From Tardiphaga sp. (lineage in GTDB: Bacteria > Pseudomonadota > Alphaproteobacteria > Rhizobiales > Xanthobacteraceae), in assembly GCA_036561845.1 (NCBI GenBank), contig DATCUS010000223.1:7965-71964 (forward strand): a stretch of 64,000 bases of DNA, in the 5' to 3' direction. Position 1 is the first letter of the stretch. Each line of letters begins with the position of its first letter. The notes under the pieces are model-generated. The model made no database searches and was not told the DNA's origin. It worked only from the letters and a program-made list of their open reading frames with translations. Below are positions 30,534-39,092 of this stretch, one piece after another. The position numbers and the translations under genes are program-made.

Positions 30534-31712
30534 CTACGCCGCGACGTTCTCGCCGAGATAGTTGATCGCGGCCTCGGTTCCGCCCTTGCCATGCGGGATG
30601 CCGAGCGCCTGCAACCCCATCTCGATGACCCCCAGCGTGCCCAGGATCATCGGCGCATTGACGTGGCCCATATGGGCGATGCGGAACGCCTTGCCGGAGA
30701 GGTCGCCGATGCCGACGCCGAGAATGACGCCGCACATGTTCTTGCAATAGGCCAGCAGCGGCGCGGGATCCTGCATCGTCACCGTCGTCACCGTATTGGA
30801 GCGCTCGTTGGGCTCCTCGATGTTGAAGTTCACCACCTGTCCCTCCGACCACACGGCGACCGCGCGGCGCACCGCTTCGGCGAGCAGGCTGTGGCGCCGG
30901 AATACGTTCTCCAGCTTCTCGTCGAACAGCATGTCGATGGCCTGGCGTTGCGCGAACAGCAGGTGCACCGGCGCGGTGCCGGAATATTTGTTGTAGTGCT
31001 CCGGCCCCTCGCGCTCGGTCCAGTCCCAATAGGGCGTGCGCAGGCCGGCGGTCTTGTGAACGGCGCGGGCGCGGTCGTTGGCGGCGACGAAGCCGAGGCC
31101 GGGAGGCGCCATCAGGCCCTTCTGCGAGCCGGACATGGCGACGTCGATGCCCCATGCGTCCATCTCGAACGGCATGCAGCCGAGCGAAGCGACGGCATCC
31201 ACCATGAACAGCGCCGGATGGCCGGCGGCCTTGATCGCGCGGCCGATGGCTTCGATGTCGTTGTAGGCGCCCGACGCGGTATCGACCTGCACCGCCAGCA
31301 CCGCCTTGATCTCGTGCCTGGTATCTGCGCGCAGCCGCGCTTCCACTTCGGCGGGGCGGATGGCGCGGCGCCAGTCTCCCTTAAGACCTTCGACATCGAC
31401 GCCCATCGCCCGCGCGGCCTGGCCCCAGCCGACCGCGAAGCGGCCGCTCTCCAGCACCAGGATCTTGTCGCCGCGCGACAGCACGTTGGTCAGGGTCGCT
31501 TCCCACGCGCCATGGCCGTTGGCGATGTAGATGTAGGTGTGGCCCTTGGTCGCGAACAGCGTGCCGAGATCGCGCAGGATGCTCGCAGTCATCTGCACCA
31601 TGGTGTCGGAATAGATGTCGAGGGCCGGGCGATGCATGGCGCGCAGCACTTCGTCGGGCATGGTGGTGGGGCCGGGGATGGCCAGAAACTCACGCCCCGC
31701 TCGAACGACCAT
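30534..31712 (-). CDS. Class V PLP aminotransferase (serine/alanine-glyoxylate type)
   Basis: LAIPGPT, VDAVASLG, SGSQKGL (PLP Lys) and AFRIAHMG. Confidence 0.92.
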   Translation of the reverse strand: MVVRAGREFLAIPGPTTMPDEVLRAMHRPALDIYSDTMVQMTASILRDLGTLFATKGHTYIYIANGHGAWEATLTNVLSRGDKILVLESGRFAVGWGQAARAMGVDVEGLKGDWRRAIRPAEVEARLRADTRHEIKAVLAVQVDTASGAYNDIEAIGRAIKAAGHPALFMVDAVASLGCMPFEMDAWGIDVAMSGSQKGLMAPPGLGFVAANDRARAVHKTAGLRTPYWDWTEREGPEHYNKYSGTAPVHLLFAQRQAIDMLFDEKLENVFRRHSLLAEAVRRAVAVWSEGQVVNFNIEEPNERSNTVTTVTMQDPAPLLAYCKNMCGVILGVGIGDLSGKAFRIAHMGHVNAPMILGTLGVIEMGLQALGIPHGKGGTEAAINYLGENVAA

Positions 31713-31822
31713 TTCATATTCCTTGCTGGCAACGGATGATTGGAGGGCGATGGTGGCATGGCGCAGCGGGGAATCAAAGCGCGCGCGCTGCATGCGATGG
31801 ATGCAACGGCGGCAGGCGAATT

Positions 31823-32674
31823 TCAAGGCGGCGAGGCGTCATTTCCAAGCGCAGTGCCGATGGCGCGCCAGATGGCGTCCTTGATTTCGGTCGCCGGCGG
31901 ACTCGGGATCGTCACCGCGGGCCCCTCGCGCTTCTGGCAGGCGACCACCAGGCGTGCGATCCAGACCTCGCCGTCAGTGAAATACGGATCGCCGCCGCCG
32001 TTGCGTCCGATCAGCGTCGGTCCGATGCCGGTCACCTGATATTTTGCGGTGACCATTCCGGCTTTCGCTAGGTCGGCCGTGAGCAACGTCCGCTCGGCAT
32101 CGATGTCGGCGGCGATATGGTGCGTAATGGCGCCGGTGTAGGAGCTGATGCCGACGCTGCGATCGAAGGTGGCGTCGCCGAGCCACACCGGCCGGTCTTC
32201 CTGGCCGTGGTCGAGCACTTTCCAGAACCGCACGTGGTGGCGATGATCGGCGCTGCCGCCGACCGGCTTCTCGAAGGCGAGATCCTCGCGGCGGCCGAGA
32301 TAGAAAAGCGGGCTCACCGGCGCGTCGCGATAGGGCCGGTCGAGCAGCACGCTGCCGACGATCTCGATGGACGATTTCAGCGTCACGGGATCGGCAGGAT
32401 ACCAGCCCGCTTCATGCATCGCGCACAGCACGTCCGTGCGGTCGCCGATCAACCCGACATTGATCGGGTCGCCGGCAATGCCCTGTGCGGTCATGGTGAC
32501 CATCGGCAAACCGGCCAGCCGCTGCTGGTGCTCGTAATGGGTCCAGAATGTCGGCAGCAGAAAGTAGGCGACGAGGCCATAGATCGCGAGCAGGAACACG
32601 GTGAGGCGCGCGGTCTGGTGCAGTCGTCCGCGACGGGGCCTCGGCGTCGGCGCGTCGGGTCGATTGTCAGCCAA
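31823..32674 (-). CDS. LssY C-terminal domain protein
   Basis: GDPINVGL, GRREDLAFEK, HHVRFW and THHIAADIDAER. Confidence 0.8.
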   Translation of the reverse strand: MADNRPDAPTPRPRRGRLHQTARLTVFLLAIYGLVAYFLLPTFWTHYEHQQRLAGLPMVTMTAQGIAGDPINVGLIGDRTDVLCAMHEAGWYPADPVTLKSSIEIVGSVLLDRPYRDAPVSPLFYLGRREDLAFEKPVGGSADHRHHVRFWKVLDHGQEDRPVWLGDATFDRSVGISSYTGAITHHIAADIDAERTLLTADLAKAGMVTAKYQVTGIGPTLIGRNGGGDPYFTDGEVWIARLVVACQKREGPAVTIPSPPATEIKDAIWRAIGTALGNDASPP

Positions 32675-32806
32675 TGCGTGATGCCCTCGAAATCATCGAT
32701 CGATGATGGGAGAGTAACACGTCACGCTGCGCGCCGCTCACCTCGCCCCGCCCGGCGGCGACATGCTTCCCGCGACGCGGGAAAGCACGGTCGCCGCTGC
32801 GTCGGT

Positions 32807-33532
32807 TCAGCGTCGCGTCTCGCGGCAGCCGGCGGCCTGGGCCTCTTCCACCGAGCAGAACCAGCGGGTGCCCTTGCTGATCTTCATGCTGATCTTGGCG
32901 TACCAGCGGCTCGACGGCGTGTGATAGATGCAGACGCCGGAGCGGTTGACGTTGCCCTTGATGGTGCAGGTCGGCGACGGCGCCACCGAGCCGGACGCCG
33001 AAGCCAGCAGGATGGCCAGCGCATTCTCGGGCGGCTTGATCGATCCGAGGATCGTGGTCTTCTTGTTGCGGACGCGCCAGTCCCACGGCGCGATGAAAGC
33101 GCCTTCCCACAGTCCGGTCTTGGCGTCCCGCGCGATTTTCTGGTCCGCATCGTAGTCGTGGGAGAACTGCACGAAGGACAGCGCCCAGCCGTTGGCCACC
33201 ATCCATTTCTGGATATCCTCACCGTCGACCTCGCATTTGGCCACCGAGCGGCCGAAACGGTCGGTGCGCGTCACATGGCAGGTCCAGCTCTTGTCACCGA
33301 CATGCTTCACCAGCGCGTCATGGGCCGCGACGCCGCAGGTCCAGCGTTCGCCGGTGGCATTGAGGCAGAGCTGGTCGTGCGACGGCGCGTCGATGCCGGC
33401 GAGGCGGATGCGGGTGCTGCCGATGGCGATCTGGTCGCCGTCGCGGATCTTCGGAACGCCGGTGACGTCCGCCGCCTGCGCCAGGGCAGGCAGGCCAAGC
33501 AGGCAAAGCGATATCAGAAATCGTTTAAACAT
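32807..33532 (-). CDS. Exported thermonuclease (SNase-like) family protein with ExoI-like C-terminus
   Basis: Signal peptide, DGD…IRLAGIDAP, DRFGRSVA and C-terminal IKGNV…YH…RWFCS. Confidence 0.88.
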   Translation of the reverse strand: MFKRFLISLCLLGLPALAQAADVTGVPKIRDGDQIAIGSTRIRLAGIDAPSHDQLCLNATGERWTCGVAAHDALVKHVGDKSWTCHVTRTDRFGRSVAKCEVDGEDIQKWMVANGWALSFVQFSHDYDADQKIARDAKTGLWEGAFIAPWDWRVRNKKTTILGSIKPPENALAILLASASGSVAPSPTCTIKGNVNRSGVCIYHTPSSRWYAKISMKISKGTRWFCSVEEAQAAGCRETRR

Positions 33533-33633
33533 CGGGAACCGACTCTGCGGAAGGGCTGCACAAGGCTGTGACGTTCAATTGTGCGGGGATTGCGGCACGC
33601 AAGCCAGCGCGGCGAACCGCTGATGGCATCAAC

Positions 33634-35385
33634 TTAGCGCGATGACTGCCTGTTGGCGCGGTCCTGCAGCATCGACCGCCGCGCCAGCGCCAGCCCCATC
33701 AGCACGAAGGCCGAGGTCACCTCCGGCCCGCCCACCAGAATCCGGGTCGGCGTCTTCATCTTATTCCATTCATAGGCCCTGAATGGACCCTTTCGGCCGC
33801 CTTCGCCCAGATGCGCGACAATGCAATGCAGCGCCGGTGTGAAGCTGTTCGCCTCGGCGCCGAGGTGGCCGAGCGCGATCAGCGCCAGCGCGGCGTCGAA
33901 CACGTTCATCTCGGCTACGATCATCTGGTCCTGAACGTAGGCCAGCACGCGGGTGCGGATGAAGGCGAAGCTGCCGTCGGGATCGATCGCCTGCCGGGCG
34001 GCCAGCGGCAGCAGCAGGAACGCCGCATAGCAGCGGCCGAAATAGGCGCAGTACAGTTCCGGCAGGTAGTAGATGTGCGAGCGTGGATCGGCGAAGGCGC
34101 CGGACGCCACCAGCCGATGCTGGAAGCCGATGATCCTCTGCACGGTCTGCAGTCGCTGCGGCGTTTCCAGGATCTTCCAGCGCGCGCAGTTGCGGAAGCT
34201 GACCTCGAGAATGTCGAGGTTCAGCGTTGGATCCAGATCGTTGCCGAACGGCTGCTCGCCCTTGAGGTTGTCGATCCAGGTGACCACGCCGCCGTCGTAG
34301 TCGATATGATCGTTGAGCGGTACGGTGACCAGCGGTTCATTGGCGCCGTTGCCGATCTGATAGCCGGCGTAGAAATCCAGCAGCGGCTGGTCGAGCAGCG
34401 GGTCGGTCGAACCGGCCTGGGTCGCTGCGGAAAAAGAGCAGGCGGTGGTGTCGCAGTCGGGCACATAGACGTCGAAGCCGAGGCTGTGCTTGATCCCGGT
34501 GAAGAACTTGCTGAAGCGCGGATGCGGCGGCGGCGCCAGCGCGGTGATGACGCTGACCGTGCTGCCGTCATGGGACGGCACCTGCTCGCGGCTGGTGGTC
34601 AGACAGAACGCCACCATTTCGGAGATCGCATGGGTGGCAGCCTTCGCCTGATCGGTCGTGGCGAGGCCGGTCTCGCCAAAACTCAGCAGCGCCTCGGTGA
34701 AGAACGCATCGTAGTAGGCGGAGCGATGGCGGATCTGCACCGGCGCCCACATCGGCTCGGCGATTCCCTGCCACGGCGGATTGATCAGCCGGCTCGCCGG
34801 CGAGCGGGCGATGAAGATGCGCGCCAGGTTGAACAGCAGCGTCGAATTCTTGTAGCCGCGGGCATTGAGCCCGGTCAGCGCCATCAGGAATTCGCGGCCA
34901 TGTACGTCGGGATCGCCGATCAGGTTGAAGGCGGCATAGGTCGGAATGAAGCCGTTGCTGCCGAACGAGCGCAACAGATGCGCGCCGCAGGTGCGGATCA
35001 CATTGTCGATCGCGGCAAGATCGGGCGCTGCCGCCGATGCGCAGAGTTGCGGAGGCACGGGATGACGCAGCCTCACGCTGTCCAGCAACTCGGCCACTGG
35101 CCCACCGATCGCCGCCCAGTCCGGCGTCCTGTCATCGCGGGCGCTGATCAGCGCGTTCTGCACGGCGCGAAATCGGGCGGGATCGCGCAATTCCGGCAGT
35201 CCGGCCCGCCGCAGCAGCGGCCGCAGCACTGGATTGCCGAGGGCGGTCTTGTAGAATTTCACGATGTGGGGATCGCCGCCGTTGTGGTCGAGAAAGACGG
35301 GATCGCAGAGGTCGTAGAGCGAAGGGCCATCCTTCGACCCGGTGAGCGCCTGGCAAGCCGCACGGACGAAATGCTGGATACTCAT
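33634..35385 (-). CDS. Hypothetical protein with class II terpene cyclase-like DxDTT motif
   Basis: Start trimmed to MSIQHFV. Contains PDCDTTAC, DLDPTLNLDIL, IYYLPELYCAYFGR and VGGPEVTSAFVL. Confidence 0.75.
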   Translation of the reverse strand: MSIQHFVRAACQALTGSKDGPSLYDLCDPVFLDHNGGDPHIVKFYKTALGNPVLRPLLRRAGLPELRDPARFRAVQNALISARDDRTPDWAAIGGPVAELLDSVRLRHPVPPQLCASAAAPDLAAIDNVIRTCGAHLLRSFGSNGFIPTYAAFNLIGDPDVHGREFLMALTGLNARGYKNSTLLFNLARIFIARSPASRLINPPWQGIAEPMWAPVQIRHRSAYYDAFFTEALLSFGETGLATTDQAKAATHAISEMVAFCLTTSREQVPSHDGSTVSVITALAPPPHPRFSKFFTGIKHSLGFDVYVPDCDTTACSFSAATQAGSTDPLLDQPLLDFYAGYQIGNGANEPLVTVPLNDHIDYDGGVVTWIDNLKGEQPFGNDLDPTLNLDILEVSFRNCARWKILETPQRLQTVQRIIGFQHRLVASGAFADPRSHIYYLPELYCAYFGRCYAAFLLLPLAARQAIDPDGSFAFIRTRVLAYVQDQMIVAEMNVFDAALALIALGHLGAEANSFTPALHCIVAHLGEGGRKGPFRAYEWNKMKTPTRILVGGPEVTSAFVLMGLALARRSMLQDRANRQSSR

Positions 35386-35752
35386 CGGTCGGTTCCGTGC
35401 GGCTGAAGCATGCAAGCCATTGCAAAAATTACATAAATTGAACAAGAACACAAACGTCACGGAGTCATGGCGGCTGGCGCTCTGGGAGGGCGTGGTATTT
35501 TCATGCTGCCGTGGATTCGTCTGGCGCCGCAATTCGGAGACGGGCGAAGTGTCTGGATACCCGTGGCATGCCGGGACAGCTCGAGCAGAGCGGCCGGGTT
35601 GCCGAGAAAGGCGCGGCGGGTTAACAGTCTGTTTGCTGCGATGCCGCAAATTGAGCGCAATCGATGCCCATAAGTCCGGCACCCCCAAAAACCTAAATCG
35701 ACGTTGGCGCGACCAAGAGGCGCGACCCCAACGCTGACAGGGATGGCTTGTT

Positions 35753-36628
35753 ATGAATGTACGGCTGTTCGGCGTCACCCGCCGCTCCATCACCATCGCC
35801 GCCGCCATGGTCGGTCTGGTGTCGCTGGTGCTTGGTGCCAACGCCGCACTCAACAAACGGACCGTCGGTGCTGCGACCGCCACGGCATCGAGCACCATCA
35901 GCGACGTCGCCAGCAAAGCCTCGCGCCTCGCGCTGGTGATCGGCAACGGCCATTATCCCGACGCCAGCGCGCCGCTGACCCAGCCGATCAACGATGCCCG
36001 CGCGCTAACCACCGCCTTGCGCCACGACGGCTTCGACGTCGATGTGGTGGAAGACGCGACCCGAGACGATATGGCGCGCGCGGTGCAGCGCCTCAAGGCC
36101 AGGATCAAGCCGGACTCCACTGTGATGCTGTATTTCGGCGGCTACGGAGTCCAGGTCGGCCGCGAGAGCTACATGATCCCGGTCGATGCCGCGATCTGGA
36201 AAGAGGCCGACATCCGCCGCGACGGCGTCAGCGTCGAGGCCGTGCTCGACGTCATGAAGGAAAAGGGCGCCCACGCCAAGCTGGTGGTCATCGATGCATC
36301 GCGCCGCAATCCCTATGAGCGCCGCTTCCGCGGCTATTCGCGCGGCCTGGCGCCGATCAACGTCCCCGACAATGCGCTGATCCTGTCCTCGGCAACGCCC
36401 GGCAAGGTGGCCGACGACGCCAAGGGTGGCAACAGCCTGCTGGTCAGCGAACTGCTGAAGAACCTCAACTCCAAGGCATCCGGAGCCGAGGCAGTGTTCA
36501 CCAAGACCCGCGTCGCCGTCACCCGCGCCTCCGACGGCGAGCAGATTCCGGCGATGTCGTCGTCGCTGGTGGAAGACATTCCGTTCGGCACCGGCCTCGT
36601 CAGCACCGCCGACAAGGCCGGCAGCTAG
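35753..36628 (+). CDS. Caspase-family (peptidase C14) protein with inactive Tyr/Ser dyad
   Basis: RLALVIGNGHY and PINDARAL. YFGGYG replaces HG and DASR replaces DACR. N-terminal hydrophobic segment. Confidence 0.88.
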   Translation: MNVRLFGVTRRSITIAAAMVGLVSLVLGANAALNKRTVGAATATASSTISDVASKASRLALVIGNGHYPDASAPLTQPINDARALTTALRHDGFDVDVVEDATRDDMARAVQRLKARIKPDSTVMLYFGGYGVQVGRESYMIPVDAAIWKEADIRRDGVSVEAVLDVMKEKGAHAKLVVIDASRRNPYERRFRGYSRGLAPINVPDNALILSSATPGKVADDAKGGNSLLVSELLKNLNSKASGAEAVFTKTRVAVTRASDGEQIPAMSSSLVEDIPFGTGLVSTADKAGS

Positions 36629-36640
36629 GCTTTACCTCAA

Positions 36641-36667
36641 CCTCTCCCCCGCAAGTGCGGGGCGAGG
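36641..36667. repeat. Solo family A hairpin cap between convergent genes
   Basis: CCTCTCCCCCGCAAGTGCGGGGCGAGG. Confidence 0.75.
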
Positions 36668-36672
36668 TTAGC

Positions 36673-37572
36673 CTATTTCGGCTCCGCGCTGGCGGTGATC
36701 GGCCGCACCGGGTCGCCCTCGCGCAGCAGGGCGCCGGCGCGGGCCACCACGATATCGCCTTCGGCGAGACCCTCGCGGACCTCGACCCGACCGCCTGACA
36801 TCAGCCCAACCTCGACCCGCCTTGTCTCGACGCGCTGCCGCCGGATCACCTGGACCACGGTGCCGGCGCTGCCGTACAGGATCGCCGTCAGCGGCACCGA
36901 GACGCCACAGCTTTCGCCGGTCTTGATCAGCGCGCGGGCGTAGGAATTGGCCATCAGCCGCCGCGTCGAGGTGATGGTGACGAACACCTGGCCAAGCTGG
37001 CTGTTGGGCTCCACCGTGGACGCCACCCGGCGCACCTTGCCGTCGAGTTCGCCAACGCCGATGACCTTGATCTTCGCGCTCTGGTCCGCCTTCAGCCTGG
37101 CGAGATCGCGGGTCGGCACCTGGCCGGCCAGTTCGAATTCGCTGCGCGGGATGATGCTGAACAGCGCCTCGCCCTTGCCCGATGCGACGGTGCCGGCGAC
37201 CGCAGATGACGCGCTGACCAGACCGGCGACGGAGGCTTGCACAGCCACGGCGCCGCCGTCCGGCGCGGTCAGCCGCGCCAGGGTCTGGCCGGCGGTCACG
37301 GTCTCGCCGGCATCGACCAGCACCTCGGCCACCTTCAGCCCCGGCCGGTCCGGCCGGATCGCGATCTCCTCCTTGGGAATCAGGAAGCCCGCCACTTCCA
37401 CGATGGCTGCGAAGCAGGATTTCTCCGCCTTCAGCACGGTGACTGCCGCGCCCTTCGGCGCCTCCTCGTCGGCGGCAAGACCTGGCTGCGCAGCGGCGCA
37501 CAGGACAGCCGTAACGATCAGCGTCGCCAGCTTCGGAGACGAGCGAGGCGCGGGGAACGGGCTGATCGGCAT
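36673..37572 (-). CDS. RND periplasmic adaptor (MFP) lacking the alpha-helical hairpin
   Basis: Lipoyl halves (VDAGETVTAGQTLARL / VQASVAGLV) are joined by about 8 residues. Membrane-proximal RRVEVGL…EVREGLAEGD. Confidence 0.85.
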   Translation of the reverse strand: MPISPFPAPRSSPKLATLIVTAVLCAAAQPGLAADEEAPKGAAVTVLKAEKSCFAAIVEVAGFLIPKEEIAIRPDRPGLKVAEVLVDAGETVTAGQTLARLTAPDGGAVAVQASVAGLVSASSAVAGTVASGKGEALFSIIPRSEFELAGQVPTRDLARLKADQSAKIKVIGVGELDGKVRRVASTVEPNSQLGQVFVTITSTRRLMANSYARALIKTGESCGVSVPLTAILYGSAGTVVQVIRRQRVETRRVEVGLMSGGRVEVREGLAEGDIVVARAGALLREGDPVRPITASAEPK

Positions 37573-37730
37573 GGCAATTCCGTTGGTCAATACAATCAAT
37601 CAATGGCGCGGCATGGCCGCAGTCTGACTTTAGTGAAGCCAGACAGGCGAGCCAAGCGGCCAATCCCGCAAAGCATCACCATTTTGCAGAGTGCCTCGAC
37701 GCACGAGGGGCGGATGAACCCAAGAGGCGA

Positions 37731-37949
37731 GTGATGCGACCACCGACCATGGCCGGTTTGCTCGGAGACGTTCTGCTCGCAATAGTTCGCGTCGTGATAT
37801 GGCGCTGGCTCAGTGCGCTTGCGCTCAGCGCTCTCACCTGGCTCGATACGAAGATCCCTGGGTGCCGAATGAAGATGGTGGTCGGAGGCGCGTGCGGGCT
37901 CGCGGCCTTTTTTCTAGTTCCGATTTTTGCCGGGTTGTTGGGCTTTTGA
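37731..37949 (+). CDS. Small putative membrane protein
   Basis: Two hydrophobic stretches in 72 aa. Lower-GC region, so uncertain. Confidence 0.4.
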   Translation: MMRPPTMAGLLGDVLLAIVRVVIWRWLSALALSALTWLDTKIPGCRMKMVVGGACGLAAFFLVPIFAGLLGF

Positions 37950-38110
37950 AGACAATGAAATCCAGACCCATCATCGCATTGGCAATCGGCTGTAGCGACG
38001 TCGCGCCGCAGGCGACGCCGGGCGGCGTCCGCAGACATCGCTGAAATGGCTGGAAAGTGATGCGGCTTGTGACAGACTGGCCATATCAGGTCCGGCCCCT
38101 TATCTTGTGT

Positions 38111-38138
38111 GCCGTCAGCCGTCAGCCGTCAGCCGTCA
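38111..38138 (+). repeat. Tandem heptamer (GCCGTCA)x4
   Basis: Four exact copies ending about 70 bp upstream of the Crp/Fnr GTG. Confidence 0.9.
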
Positions 38139-38209
38139 TTGACGTTCAGGCAAAGAGTGGACACCGGTTGCGACTGCATCCGGGGATCGAGCATGCGGGA
38201 TATCTTGCA

Positions 38210-38884
38210 GTGAGCAGTCAGGCCGAATTCGCCGTCATCCTGAAGATGAACCCGATGTTCGCCGATCTCGGCGCCGAGGAACTGCAGCGCATTTCCGGGC
38301 TCTGCCACACCCAGCAGCTCAAGGCCGGCGAGATGCTGTTCCAGAAAGGCGACAGCGGCGATGCGCTGTACGGCGTACGTCGCGGCCGGATCCGCATCGA
38401 GACCGGCGCCTCGGACGGATCGCGGCTGACGCTGAACTTCCAGGGGCCCGGCGACATGTTCGGCGAGGTCGCCGTGCTCGATGGCCGCACCCGCACCGCC
38501 GACGCCACCGCCGCCGAGCCCACCGAACTGTTCGTGCTGCGACGGGAGGATTTTCTCGACCATCTGGAGCGCGAGCCGCGGGTGGCGCTGAAGCTGATCG
38601 AGTTGTTGTGTCAGCGCATCCGCTGGATGAGCGAGCGGATGGAGGAATCGGTGCTGCAGCCGCTGCCGGTGCGGCTGGCGCGGCGGCTGTGTGCGCTGGC
38701 CTCCGACTTCGGCTCGGAAGTGCACATCTCGCAGGAGCAGCTCGGCGTGTTCGTCGGCGCCGCGCGCGAGAGCGTGAACCGGCAATTGCAGGCCTGGCGC
38801 AAGGACGGGATTCTCGACCTGCAGCGCGGCCGGATTCTGTTGCTCAATCTGAACGGACTGACGAAGGTCGCGAGGAACGAGTAG
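38210..38884 (+). CDS. Crp/Fnr family regulator with cNMP-binding motif
   Basis: FGEVAVLDGRTRTADA and HTH SQEQLGVFVGAARESVNR. GTG start at 38210. Confidence 0.9.
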   Translation: MSSQAEFAVILKMNPMFADLGAEELQRISGLCHTQQLKAGEMLFQKGDSGDALYGVRRGRIRIETGASDGSRLTLNFQGPGDMFGEVAVLDGRTRTADATAAEPTELFVLRREDFLDHLEREPRVALKLIELLCQRIRWMSERMEESVLQPLPVRLARRLCALASDFGSEVHISQEQLGVFVGAARESVNRQLQAWRKDGILDLQRGRILLLNLNGLTKVARNE

Positions 38885-38899
38885 GGGCATTGTTTTCTT

Positions 38900-39073
38900 C
38901 CCTCTCCCCGCCCGGCGAAGCGCAGCTTCGCTAGGCGGGGAGAGGGTGGTTCGAAGGACCGCAGGTCGTTCGAGTCGGGTGAGGGGGAGTCAGAGTTTTA
39001 TTTGAGAGTCCCCCTCACCCGACCGGCTTCGCTACGCTTCGCCGGTCGACCTCTCCCCGCAAGCGGGGAGAGG
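38900..39073. repeat. Family A REP-like composite element (opposite orientation to the 30343 copy)
   Basis: GGTTCGAAGGACCGCAGGTCGTTCGAGTCGGGTGAGGGG is close to the reverse complement of the 30343 copy's inner arm. Hairpin caps at both ends. Confidence 0.85.
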
Positions 39074-39092
39074 TGAAGAAGCTGATCGTCTC

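Noticed and set aside
35386-35946. 187-aa N-terminal extension of the DxDTT protein given by the ORF track
   Set aside because: It overlaps the divergent caspase gene and a lower-GC promoter region. MSIQHFV at 35385 is the more plausible start.
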